Under the pieces are notes generated by a model, which saw only the letters and a program-made list of their open reading frames with translations, did not search any database and was not told the origin of the DNA. Positions 1 through 9,078 of a stretch of DNA of 64,000 nt are shown here, one piece after another. Within the stretch, counting starts at the first letter, position 1. Each line of letters opens with the position of its first letter. The stretch covers positions 4,093 through 68,092 of the forward strand of contig CAYWCV010000006.1 in the NCBI GenBank assembly GCA_964456845.1, given 5' to 3'. The position numbers were made by a program, and so were the translations under genes. The DNA comes from an uncultured Chitinophagales bacterium (GTDB taxonomy: Bacteria; Bacteroidota; Rhodothermia; Balneolales; CAYWCV01).

Positions 1-2393
1 ATTTTCTGCTCAACTATCAAATAGCCCGAGGTATCGGTTCAAGTGGCCTATTGGGAGGAACGATGCTGAACATATTCGAAGCCAACCTGGTTGCTTTTGA
101 AATGCGCGAGGGCAAATTGTTCCTCGTACAGAGACCACATCGATACAAAGCAGAAACGGGCTCCCCGCAGGCTGCATCCGTCGATTACAGCTATGGCGAC
201 TCCGTTCTGGAGACCGCTAAAATTGAGGCTTGGTCTGACGACAAATCGATGATTCTGATCAGTGTGTACGATTGGTTTGTCAGCGACCTGTCAAACATCA
301 GCCAGCGTGTACAGAATGCGGCATCACCACGTCCGGGAACTCCAGGACGCGTCACGTTCGACAAGAGCCGGAGCTATATCGAAAGCGCCAAATCTTTCCC
401 ACTGAATACCAACATCCGTGCCAGCCTCACCTTCAGGAATAATGAATCATCGGGACCTCGCACCGTTGCCGACGCACGCTTTATTCCTGTATCCATCTTC
501 TATTCAATGGCTGCTCTGCCAGAAACCCCAATGAAGCCCCGTGAGGGCGATGAGCGCCTCGGCTATTTCATGACGGTTCACAAAGACTTCACGAACGATG
601 ACAAGAGCTTCTTCAAACGCAACATCAACCGCTGGCGCCTGGAATGTGATGGTCCTGCGGGAAGCGACGGACTTTGCACACCGAAGAAGCCCATCACCTA
701 TTACATCGACCATACCGTTCCTGTTGAGTACCGACAACCTATGATGGAAGGCGTTCTCGCTTGGAACGATGCCTACGAGGCGGCCGGGTTCAAGAATGCC
801 GTGAAGGTCGACATGCTGCCCGATGGAGCCGATCCTGAAGACATCCGCTATGCGACGCTTCGTTGGAGCAGCTCCGACCAGTCGGGCTACAGCGCCATCG
901 GTCCGTCGATCGTCGATCCGCGTACCGGCGAAATCCTGGATGCCGACATGCTCTATGAAGCGAATATGATCATCGGCACACGAAATTCGCAACGGCAGCT
1001 GGTTGAACCAAGAAGTGCCATCGACGAAATGTACATGGCAACCGATGAAGAGCTTGAACTGCAGTCGCAGGGTATCAAGACGGGCAGCTTCTATGCCGAA
1101 GTGGGCGCTCAGCAGGATCTGGTGCGCAGTTTCCTGCTGTTCGGGGGTGCCATGCGGGCCGGAGAAGATGTGCCAAAGACCTTCCTCGACTCGTTCATCC
1201 GTTGGGTGACCATGCATGAGGTTGGCCATACCCTAGGCTTGCGTCATAACTTTAAATCGTCGGCCGACACACCGAACAACAGGCTCACGGACACGTCATT
1301 CACAGAGAAAAACGGAGTATTCAGCTCGGTGATGGAGTACCCAGCCGTAAATCTTGGCAAAAACGCCAGCTCCGACGGCCACTATTATAATGTTGGGGTT
1401 GGATCCTACGATCGCTGGGTGATCACCTATGGCTACACGCCCGACGACTCCAAATCTGAAGCTACCGCACGTCTGGCAGCCCAGCCAGGACACGCGTTCT
1501 CTGACGATGCCAGCGGTGCAAGTGCGATCGATCCGCTTGTAAACACCTATGATCTCGGTGGCGACCCGCTTGCTTGGGGCCGCGAACGAGCCGATATGAT
1601 CAACGCAATGATACCGCGCCTGCCCGAAATCGCCCTCGACGACAATTTGCCGTATTACGAGCTTACCGACATGTACCAATCGTTGCTGCAGCAATATTCG
1701 CGGGCTTTGGCACCGACCGTTAAGTACATCGGAGGTCAACATCTGCATCGCGACCGAGTTGGCGATCCAGACGGACGCATGCCATTCGAGCCCATCAGCA
1801 AGGCCAAGCAGCAGGAAGCACTCGACATGATCGTCGACTATGCCTTCGATGCCGATGCCATGAGCCTGCCGCAGGAGGTTTTCCAGCAGTTTGGCGCCAA
1901 CCGGATGAGCCATTGGGGGCTTACCAACACCTACGGCGGCCGAGTCGACTATCCGCTGCATCAAACTTCGTTGGGGATCAAGACATCGCTGCTGAACCAG
2001 CTGCTCAATCCGACCCGCCTGGAGCGGATACGCGACACCGAAGTCAAGTTCGGAGCCGCCAACACGGTGACCATCCCCGAGCTTATGAAATCGGTCACAA
2101 TGGCCATTTGGGAGGAGATTTGGACCAGTCCAGGCAAGAACATCCCTGGTACACGTCGTGATTTACAGCGTGCTTACATAGACGGCATGATATCGCTGGT
2201 AACAAATCCGTCTTCCGACACACCAGCCGATGCCCGATCCGTTGCCCGCATGACCCTGCAAGATTTGCACGACCGCATCGACGGACGCCTTAAGCCGCCG
2301 ACATTTGCGTTCGACGACTACACCAAGGCACATCTGCAGGAGGCCCGCGCTCGCATCAAGAAAGCCTTGGATGCCGGCATGAGCCAGAATTAG
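1..2393 (+). CDS. Zinc metalloprotease, metzincin-type (DUF5117/DUF4953-like), 5' end cut by window edge
   Basis: The reading frame is open from nt 3 with no stop before the listed TTG at 51, so the gene begins upstream of the window. The zinc site HEVGHTLGLRH (HExxHxxGxxH) is encoded at 1215-1247. The stop TAG lies at 2391-2393. Confidence 0.8.
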   Translation, partial: FLLNYQIARGIGSSGLLGGTMLNIFEANLVAFEMREGKLFLVQRPHRYKAETGSPQAASVDYSYGDSVLETAKIEAWSDDKSMILISVYDWFVSDLSNISQRVQNAASPRPGTPGRVTFDKSRSYIESAKSFPLNTNIRASLTFRNNESSGPRTVADARFIPVSIFYSMAALPETPMKPREGDERLGYFMTVHKDFTNDDKSFFKRNINRWRLECDGPAGSDGLCTPKKPITYYIDHTVPVEYRQPMMEGVLAWNDAYEAAGFKNAVKVDMLPDGADPEDIRYATLRWSSSDQSGYSAIGPSIVDPRTGEILDADMLYEANMIIGTRNSQRQLVEPRSAIDEMYMATDEELELQSQGIKTGSFYAEVGAQQDLVRSFLLFGGAMRAGEDVPKTFLDSFIRWVTMHEVGHTLGLRHNFKSSADTPNNRLTDTSFTEKNGVFSSVMEYPAVNLGKNASSDGHYYNVGVGSYDRWVITYGYTPDDSKSEATARLAAQPGHAFSDDASGASAIDPLVNTYDLGGDPLAWGRERADMINAMIPRLPEIALDDNLPYYELTDMYQSLLQQYSRALAPTVKYIGGQHLHRDRVGDPDGRMPFEPISKAKQQEALDMIVDYAFDADAMSLPQEVFQQFGANRMSHWGLTNTYGGRVDYPLHQTSLGIKTSLLNQLLNPTRLERIRDTEVKFGAANTVTIPELMKSVTMAIWEEIWTSPGKNIPGTRRDLQRAYIDGMISLVTNPSSDTPADARSVARMTLQDLHDRIDGRLKPPTFAFDDYTKAHLQEARARIKKALDAGMSQN

Positions 2394-2434
2394 TGACTAG
2401 TGACTAGTGATTAGTGATTAGTAGTTTAGTAGTT
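2391..2434. repeat. Tandem repeat block (TAGTGAC)x2 (TAGTGAT)x2 (TAGTAGTT)x2 starting with the gene's own stop codon
   Basis: Read directly: tagtgac tagtgac tagtgat tagtgat tagtagtt tagtagtt. Because the period is 7, TAG and TGA fall in all three frames. It contains ACTAGT palindromes. Confidence 0.9.
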
Positions 2435-2439
2435 TAAAA

Positions 2440-2472
2440 TCCCCTCTCTAAATGTTTAGAGGGGGGATTTTC
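2440..2472 (+). terminator. Rho-independent terminator after the metalloprotease gene
   Basis: The stem tcccctctcta (2440-2450) pairs with tagagggggga (2457-2467), 11 bp including one G-U pair. The loop is aatgtt and a tttt tract follows at 2468-2471. Confidence 0.7.
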
Positions 2473-2554
2473 TTGATGCGCACTCATTTGCGAGAATGTA
2501 ACTGCGTGTGTACTTTAGCCTTGTATATATGACATTTAACACCGAGGGGGCACG

Positions 2555-3046
2555 GTGAATTCTAACACGTCAACCATTTTGCCAAGGCAATCAGGTTCAT
2601 TTTCGAATGCACCTTTTGTGCTAAAGGCATTGCTTCTTTTCTCTTTGATGACGGTGGCTTTCGACATTTATATGAACGTGATAGGTCCTCTTCATATCAA
2701 AGAAGCGGTTATTCCCTATACAGGCTGGAGTGTAAGCACGTCGTACAGCTTTGTAGCGATAGCATTGGTGTTTTTAATGCTCGGCTATCATTCTAGTCCA
2801 TTCTACAGTAGAAAAATCATCGCCTTTATTTTATGTATCGGCATCATCTTCGGCATAGCAGACATTGAATCCGCCTTTGGCGTCGAAGATTATGGCAACC
2901 CATACTTAACCGTCAGCCCGTGGCGACCGGTTTGGACCATCATCATACCTTCTATTTGGGTGGCTCTGCTATATACACCTGGCGTAAACCGGTATTGTGA
3001 ACATTTGGAGAACAAGTTTCCCAGGATGTTGAGCCACTATCGATGA
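2555..3046 (+). CDS. Hypothetical integral membrane protein (about 4 TM segments)
   Basis: A 163-aa ORF with a GTG start and several hydrophobic stretches (LLLFSLMTVAF, FVAIALVFLML, IIAFILCIGIIFGI, TIIIPSIWVALL). I recognise no family motif. Confidence 0.5.
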   Translation: MNSNTSTILPRQSGSFSNAPFVLKALLLFSLMTVAFDIYMNVIGPLHIKEAVIPYTGWSVSTSYSFVAIALVFLMLGYHSSPFYSRKIIAFILCIGIIFGIADIESAFGVEDYGNPYLTVSPWRPVWTIIIPSIWVALLYTPGVNRYCEHLENKFPRMLSHYR

Positions 3047-3209
3047 ATTCGTCTCTGGTAGTCGTTTTCATATGCATATCGATCGAAAGAGCAGTAATCT
3101 ATTGCACAATCCCATTCTGTTCATAATGATTGCGGGCTTCTGAAAATTCAGTATCTGAACATTATTCATCGTAATATGTTGATCATCCGACGGTTAAGAC
3201 TGATCATGT

Positions 3210-5222
3210 ATGCGTATAGCATCACAGGAAAGCAATTTAGAACGTCTAGCTTTAATACAAGGATTGCTTGTCGGGCTAAGTCCGCTTCCGTTTGTCCTTT
3301 TTGATGTAGCGGCTGGAGACTACCAATACCCAAAATGGTTTGCGATTATACCGTACCTCGCGTTCGCGGTTAATCTCGTTGCGGTTTTTTATCCGTTTAA
3401 GAAATGGAGGAATAGACGTTCATTTGGCACCATCGGTGTAGTGATGACATCTTCGGTGCTATACCCGATGTTACCTGAGCGGCCCGACATCTCCCTTGCC
3501 GTATTGGTACTATTGGCCGCCACCCATTTTTCCCTGTTCGAGCAGAATGTCTTCGCCTATTATACACGCCGGGTTTCACGATTTGACCGATACAACATCA
3601 GCTTAAAAAGTGGTGTACTCAGCTTCAGCGCCCTCCAAGCGATTATTGTGTTCAATGATTGGGATATCGGGCTCCCTTCAATTGCCATCAGTGCATTGAC
3701 ATTCAGCACCATATTAGTCGCAGTCATTTTTCTTGTCGTTGGCAAGCCTGGTTTTCGGTTATCAACTATTTTTATAAATGTCGGATGGGCGCTTGTTCTG
3801 GTTGTAAGCATTATTGTGCTTCCAGATACACATACGCTGTCTTACATTTTGCTTACTGTTTTTTTGATAAGCTTGCCATCTAAGAAGGGAAGTGGCAATA
3901 TTGGCGGATGGCTTGAGTATGCCGTTGCCAAACCGGCCAGGGCTTTGGTATCGATGTTCTTGGCTGCCGGTTTTGTCGGATCAGTCCTGCTTTACTTACC
4001 AGTGTCTCAAACGGGTCCGATATCATGGTTAGATACGTTCTTTACAGCGATAAGTGCTGTGTGCGTTACAGGGCTCATTGTGGTCGACACGCCAATGGCC
4101 TATTCCTTCTGGGGCCAGCTTATAATCCTGATCCTCATTCAACTGGGTGGCTTGGGAATCATGAGCGTGTCCATCATTCTACTTCAACGGCTCGGGAAAC
4201 GTATAAGCATCAGTCAAGAACAAGTGATGGTATCGATGACCGATGCGGACAAACGGGACATCTACACATCGATACGCTTGATCTTGGTATTTACTATTGC
4301 TGCCGAATTGTTGGGAGCCATTTTATTGGGCGCAATGTTCTTTCAGGCCGGCGACGAACTGGGATATGCCATTTGGAGAGGTCTGTTCACATCGGTGTCG
4401 GCATTTTGTAACGCCGGTTTTGCCTTACAAAGCGACAGTTTGATGGCATACGCTGGTAATTCGGGCATCCTTACGGTCGTATCAATACTCATCATAATTG
4501 GCGGCATCTCACCATTGTACACCATGATGATTGTGCGGCGGATGTCGTTCAAGACGCTCAACGCCAGTCTGAAACTTACCTTGTACATCGTCCTTGCCTT
4601 ACTTGTACTTGGCACAATGTCCACATTGGTTTTTGAGTGGAATGGCACCCTCGGTTCAATGGCATTCGGCGACAAAATCATAAATGCATGGTTTCAATCC
4701 GTCACACTCCGTACTGCTGGCTTCAACTCCGTTGACCAAGCCCTTCTTAGCACCCCTACCTATTTGATGTCACTGGTTTGGATGGTTATCGGCGGAAGTC
4801 CGGGTGGCACGGCCGGGGGCATTAAGACTGCGGTCGTAGGTTTGATTCTGCTCAACTTTATTTCGCAGATCAATCAAAAACAAAGCTTGATCTTCGCGGG
4901 CAGGGTGTTTCCTATGGGTTCAATACTCCAAGCGGCCTCGATTGTAACCGCCTACGGTTTTGTGCTTTCAATGGTGCTCTTGGCGATGATCTTGACTCAA
5001 AATATCCCGATAGACGCACTTTTATTTGAAGTCATATCCGCTTTGAGCACGGTCGGCCTCTCTATGGGCGCGACAAGCATGGTTGACCCCCTTGGCAAAT
5101 GGATCTTGATTTTCACTATGTTCATTGGCAGGGTGGGTGCCGTAACCATCTTCATGCTTCTGAGCAAAGACGTGCGGACTGACCACATTGAGTTCCCCGA
5201 AGAGCAACCTACGTTAGCATAA
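3210..5222 (+). CDS. ktrB: KtrB/TrkH-family potassium transporter with an extra N-terminal multi-TM domain of about 235 aa
   Basis: The C-terminal 430 aa or so match the KtrB/TrkH pattern (FTAISAVCVTGL, LIQLGGLGIMS, SAFCNAGF, TAGFNS, GGSPGGTAGGIKT, ALSTVGLS). A ktrA gene follows 10 nt downstream. The N-terminal 235 aa are hydrophobic and have no recognisable motif. Confidence 0.85.
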   Translation: MRIASQESNLERLALIQGLLVGLSPLPFVLFDVAAGDYQYPKWFAIIPYLAFAVNLVAVFYPFKKWRNRRSFGTIGVVMTSSVLYPMLPERPDISLAVLVLLAATHFSLFEQNVFAYYTRRVSRFDRYNISLKSGVLSFSALQAIIVFNDWDIGLPSIAISALTFSTILVAVIFLVVGKPGFRLSTIFINVGWALVLVVSIIVLPDTHTLSYILLTVFLISLPSKKGSGNIGGWLEYAVAKPARALVSMFLAAGFVGSVLLYLPVSQTGPISWLDTFFTAISAVCVTGLIVVDTPMAYSFWGQLIILILIQLGGLGIMSVSIILLQRLGKRISISQEQVMVSMTDADKRDIYTSIRLILVFTIAAELLGAILLGAMFFQAGDELGYAIWRGLFTSVSAFCNAGFALQSDSLMAYAGNSGILTVVSILIIIGGISPLYTMMIVRRMSFKTLNASLKLTLYIVLALLVLGTMSTLVFEWNGTLGSMAFGDKIINAWFQSVTLRTAGFNSVDQALLSTPTYLMSLVWMVIGGSPGGTAGGIKTAVVGLILLNFISQINQKQSLIFAGRVFPMGSILQAASIVTAYGFVLSMVLLAMILTQNIPIDALLFEVISALSTVGLSMGATSMVDPLGKWILIFTMFIGRVGAVTIFMLLSKDVRTDHIEFPEEQPTLA

Positions 5223-5232
5223 CAAGCAAATC

Positions 5233-5898
5233 ATGGCACAACAGATCATCATCATCGGCCTTGGACATTTTGGGATGTCCTTGGCAAAAACCTTGGCGGC
5301 TCGCCAGGTAGAAGTGATAGCAACCGACATCCGAAAGCATTTGGTGGACGAAGCTTCTGCATTTGTGTCTGAGGCTATTCTCATGGATGCAAGCGACGAA
5401 CAGGCACTGTCCAACCTGCGTCCAAAAGAACGCGATGCGGCAGTATGTGCTATAGGCGACGACTCCAAAGAGGCATCGATCATTGCTACCGCCTTACTTC
5501 GGCAGATGGGCTGCCCTTATGTGATAGCCCGTGCAAACGATGAAATCCACGCAAGAATCTTGCGCCTGGTCGGGGCGCATATGGTCGTAAACCCCGAGCA
5601 GGAATTTGGCAACCGATTTGCGAACAAACTGCTGTACAGAAATGTCATCGCCGACACGGCGCTTCACGATGGGCTTACACTCACCGAGATCTCCGTCCAC
5701 AACAAAATGGCTGGCAAAACACTCGCAGAACTGCAGCTTCCAAAAAAGTATGGTGTAATGGTGGTTGGAATTCGCCGGATTGACCACTCAGAAGTCGTTC
5801 AGCCATCGCCGGATGTGCCGTTAAACGAAGCCGACACGCTACTTGTGGTGTCAAACGAAAAGAACATCATCAACATGATTAAAAGCCTGCTCGTATGA
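5233..5898 (+). CDS. ktrA: KtrA, potassium uptake regulatory subunit (RCK: TrkA-N plus TrkA-C)
   Basis: It has an N-terminal Rossmann motif IIGLGHFG. The 221-aa length is typical of single-RCK KtrA. It sits directly after ktrB. Confidence 0.85.
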   Translation: MAQQIIIIGLGHFGMSLAKTLAARQVEVIATDIRKHLVDEASAFVSEAILMDASDEQALSNLRPKERDAAVCAIGDDSKEASIIATALLRQMGCPYVIARANDEIHARILRLVGAHMVVNPEQEFGNRFANKLLYRNVIADTALHDGLTLTEISVHNKMAGKTLAELQLPKKYGVMVVGIRRIDHSEVVQPSPDVPLNEADTLLVVSNEKNIINMIKSLLV

Positions 5899-6587
5899 AA
5901 ACGCTGCTATCCATCCGATTGGGGATCATGATCATCCTGACACTGATACTGGTGATGGCGTTCAGCTCAATTTACGTCTTCACCAGAATGAGTCCGGCAA
6001 TCGAAATCATCATCCAACAAAACGAGCGATCCCTTTTTGCCTGCGAAGAGATGCTGTTCGCCATGTTGTACAACGACTTAACTGTGACTTCAGGAAATCG
6101 GAATGCATCGGTATTTCGTTTTGAACAAGCCTTGAACAGTGCCATAAATAACATCACAGAAGCCGAAGAGCCGGAAGTCCTCGACGTCATTCAAAAATCA
6201 TACAAGTCTGCCTTGGCCGGTGACGCACAATCAAGGATTCAGTTGATGGAAGGCATTGCATCTCTCAGCGCAATCAACAGAGCTGCCATGATCCAAGCTG
6301 ATGTCCGTGCACGTCGACTTGGAACGGCAGGTGCTTGGAGTGTTGTCTTCATTACCCTGTTTGTGGTAATATCTACCTTGATTTTTAGAAACAATTTGTT
6401 CTCAAGGTTGATTATTCCCTTCAACGAACTTAAAGAATCGATAGAGGCATTTCTGCAAGGGGACATCTATAGAAGATGCAACAGTCGCGGACACCCGAAG
6501 GACATTCAGCAGCTATTCAGCAATGTGAACGAGTTGCTCGATAAATCGACGAGCAATCAACCAGAATACATCCCGTTTCGCGAATAA
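5895..6587 (+). CDS. Membrane protein: TM1, helical extracytoplasmic domain, TM2, HAMP; no output domain
   Basis: Its start overlaps the ktrA stop (ATGA at 5895-5898). There are two TM segments (IMIILTLILVMAFSSIYVF and WSVVFITLFVVISTLIF). TM2 is followed by a HAMP-like stretch, IIPFNELKESIEAFLQGDIYRR...DIQQLFSNVNELLD, and the protein ends about 15 aa later. Confidence 0.6.
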   Translation: MKTLLSIRLGIMIILTLILVMAFSSIYVFTRMSPAIEIIIQQNERSLFACEEMLFAMLYNDLTVTSGNRNASVFRFEQALNSAINNITEAEEPEVLDVIQKSYKSALAGDAQSRIQLMEGIASLSAINRAAMIQADVRARRLGTAGAWSVVFITLFVVISTLIFRNNLFSRLIIPFNELKESIEAFLQGDIYRRCNSRGHPKDIQQLFSNVNELLDKSTSNQPEYIPFRE

Positions 6588-7297
6588 GGCGCCGATTCGT
6601 CGACCATGAAATAGACGATCTCTGCATCGGGTTGCGCTTTTACTTCGATTTCCTCGTTTTCGACCAAGACCCCATCCCCCTTTTCGAGTGTAGTATCGTG
6701 CCCTGGTAATTGCACGGCACCCGAAAACACATACAGATAGCCAGTGCGTCCATTTAACTCCGGTGTCCGGATTTGAGCTGAGTCGAGCAGGCGCGAGTCG
6801 TACAACCACGACTCGCTACGGATCTTCAGCGGCGCATCGCTGTGCTCGGGTCCGCCGATCCATCGCCATTCGTTGTCGGAGAACTCCTCCTCGAAATCGG
6901 CAAACTGGACCATCGGCTTCAGATCGTCGGTATGTGGACGGAAAAACACCTGCAGCATGTCGATCGGCGCGGCGTCTTGGGGCACATCCTCCTCGTGGTA
7001 GATCACCTTTCCTGCGTTCATCATCATCATCTTTGCATGATTGATTGGCATGTGGATGCCCTCGCTGTCGCTATGGTACATCGTCCCACGGCGCATGTAC
7101 GACAGGATCTCGTCGTTGGCATGCGGGTGCATCCCGATCGTGAAGCCAGGCTCCAATGTGGAATGGTCAAAAGCACCCAAGGTTGCAAGGCCCCGCTCGA
7201 AACGATTATTCCGCTTCAAACCGGGATACACGCGGCGCATCACAAACTTGCCTCTGTTTAATTCCAATCGATCTGACGCTCTGCTTACGGTAATCAT
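6557..7297 (-). CDS. Pirin-family cupin protein
   Basis: The cupin metal motif region GMHPHANDEILSYMRRGTMYHSDSEG and the 246-aa length fit the family. It overlaps the convergent gene 5895-6587 by 31 nt. Confidence 0.7.
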   Translation of the reverse strand: MITVSRASDRLELNRGKFVMRRVYPGLKRNNRFERGLATLGAFDHSTLEPGFTIGMHPHANDEILSYMRRGTMYHSDSEGIHMPINHAKMMMMNAGKVIYHEEDVPQDAAPIDMLQVFFRPHTDDLKPMVQFADFEEEFSDNEWRWIGGPEHSDAPLKIRSESWLYDSRLLDSAQIRTPELNGRTGYLYVFSGAVQLPGHDTTLEKGDGVLVENEEIEVKAQPDAEIVYFMVDESAPYSRNGMYSG

Positions 7298-7433
7298 GAC
7301 CCACCTGTTCGTTTTCTGGTTATGCCGGTTTGCTATGACTCACGTTGAAAGGGAGCACAACTCAACCGTATCCTTTATTTGTTTACAACAACTAATTTAT
7401 GCCAATTTTCGTTCTCAATCAAATGACAGCTGT

Positions 7434-8858
7434 TTAGTCACCGTTGATATTAATCGGCCTCCTTACTCGGAGCCTCTCAATCTCGATGGACGCCTCGGCG
7501 GTTGCATTGAGCACAAACTGGATATTGTTCCGAGTCACCAAGAAATTCCACGACTGAAATTCAAGTGTGTCGATTGTCAGGTCGAGCCGTTCTGCCGACT
7601 TCCCCTCCTCGATGGCCTCCGATATGAGGGAAGGCAATCGGCGGATTTCATCGCCGACAAACAGCACCAAGTAACTCGACAGCTGTTCGAGCGCGTAATC
7701 GTAGATGGCCGAGTTTGCAGCATTGATGACCTGGCTTTCTGTCTGAACATCGTACGTAAGGTTTGTGACCACCAACTTGCGCTCATCGGGCAGGTACTCA
7801 GGTTGACCAATGATGTATATCGATCCGTTGGCAAATCCGCTCACATCTAGGCGGATGGCAATTCCTTCGTCGGTACCATACATTCGTGCCCCGCGGACCT
7901 TCAGATCCATCCCGTATCGCGATATGACCAAACCTTTGACTTGCCGGTCGAGCATGAGGTTGACAACATCGTATGGAACGGTGCCCTTGACAGCCATTGT
8001 CAAAGTGTCGAGTTCTGGCATTTTCTGCCGAATGTCCGGCAGGCGCGACGACACTGCCAAGGCTGTGGAATCGAAACCGACTTCGGTATACGCTCCGACT
8101 AGCACGTTGAATATGATATCTTGGTCATCCGATAGATGAAGGTCACCATAAATATGCTGAGTGTGAATTTTGAACCAAATACGTGGCTCCTCTTTCACAA
8201 TCGCCATTGGTTTTTGGATGTCGCCCCATACTTTTGCAATGGCCTTATGCAGGTTGATGTGCTCATACACGGCAGAATCTACCTTTGCGAGCAGTTCAAC
8301 CTCTCTTTTGGCGATGATATTCTCCAGATATTTGGTAAGTGGGATGCGCAGCGGACCCAAATGCAGTTTTGGGTTTTCTTCCCAATCGATTCCATCAAGA
8401 CGCGTATCCGAGATGATCTTCCAATTCGAATCAATGTCGAGAATCGAGGAAATATTCAGCGTAAGGCTGGTTTCGATCGGCTGATTATGTCCAAATCGTA
8501 TTCCTAAGACGTACTTGAAGTAGTTGCCTTTCATGCTCACAGGTAACGAAAAGTGCATGCGACCCTGTTTGATCGACATCCGGATCGGACTCATCTTCGT
8601 CACTTCGAGATACACGCTGTCCTTCCCGTCATTAATCCGAAATCCGTGATCAATGAAGGTGCCGTCGATCTTGATGTTCATCCAGTCTTCGAACTGCTGG
8701 ATGGGGTAATAGATCGGCATGCGATAGTACGACATATCATGCTTGATCTTGGCTTCAAGAGTGGTTGATTTTGGCCCTTCCGGGTTTACCCTTGCACAGG
8801 AGCTGCCAAGAATTACAGTCGCCAGGCAGCCAAATACTACAAAAGTTCTGAGTCTCAT
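7434..8858 (-). CDS. Lipoprotein of unknown function (possibly DUF4403-type)
   Basis: I chose the internal ATG at 8856-8858, which gives the signal peptide MRLRTFVVFGCLATVILGSSC with lipobox LGSSC. The family assignment is from memory of size and architecture only. Confidence 0.55.
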   Translation of the reverse strand: MRLRTFVVFGCLATVILGSSCARVNPEGPKSTTLEAKIKHDMSYYRMPIYYPIQQFEDWMNIKIDGTFIDHGFRINDGKDSVYLEVTKMSPIRMSIKQGRMHFSLPVSMKGNYFKYVLGIRFGHNQPIETSLTLNISSILDIDSNWKIISDTRLDGIDWEENPKLHLGPLRIPLTKYLENIIAKREVELLAKVDSAVYEHINLHKAIAKVWGDIQKPMAIVKEEPRIWFKIHTQHIYGDLHLSDDQDIIFNVLVGAYTEVGFDSTALAVSSRLPDIRQKMPELDTLTMAVKGTVPYDVVNLMLDRQVKGLVISRYGMDLKVRGARMYGTDEGIAIRLDVSGFANGSIYIIGQPEYLPDERKLVVTNLTYDVQTESQVINAANSAIYDYALEQLSSYLVLFVGDEIRRLPSLISEAIEEGKSAERLDLTIDTLEFQSWNFLVTRNNIQFVLNATAEASIEIERLRVRRPININGD

Positions 8859-9078
8859 ATTGACTCCGTGTGCTAAATCCGACAAGCTAATCACTTATTT
8901 GTGGCACGATACGGCCCTGTATGAACCATGTTGGCTACTTCATTACAGAGCGTGCGTTCAGTAATCAATCGAATATTGCACTGCTATGTACATATGGTTT
9001 TACTCCGAAATACGCTTATAGATCCGTAAATCCTATTTCCCATCTTTTAATCCCATTGATCTGAAAGATCCGCGGTCA

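Noticed and set aside
3047-3209. A possible c-di-AMP (ydaO/kimA-type) or other riboswitch upstream of ktrB.
   Set aside because: I could not find the conserved pseudo-symmetric ACGGGG/CCCA-type elements or any convincing extended pairing. A covariance-model scan (Rfam cmscan) would be needed to exclude it formally.
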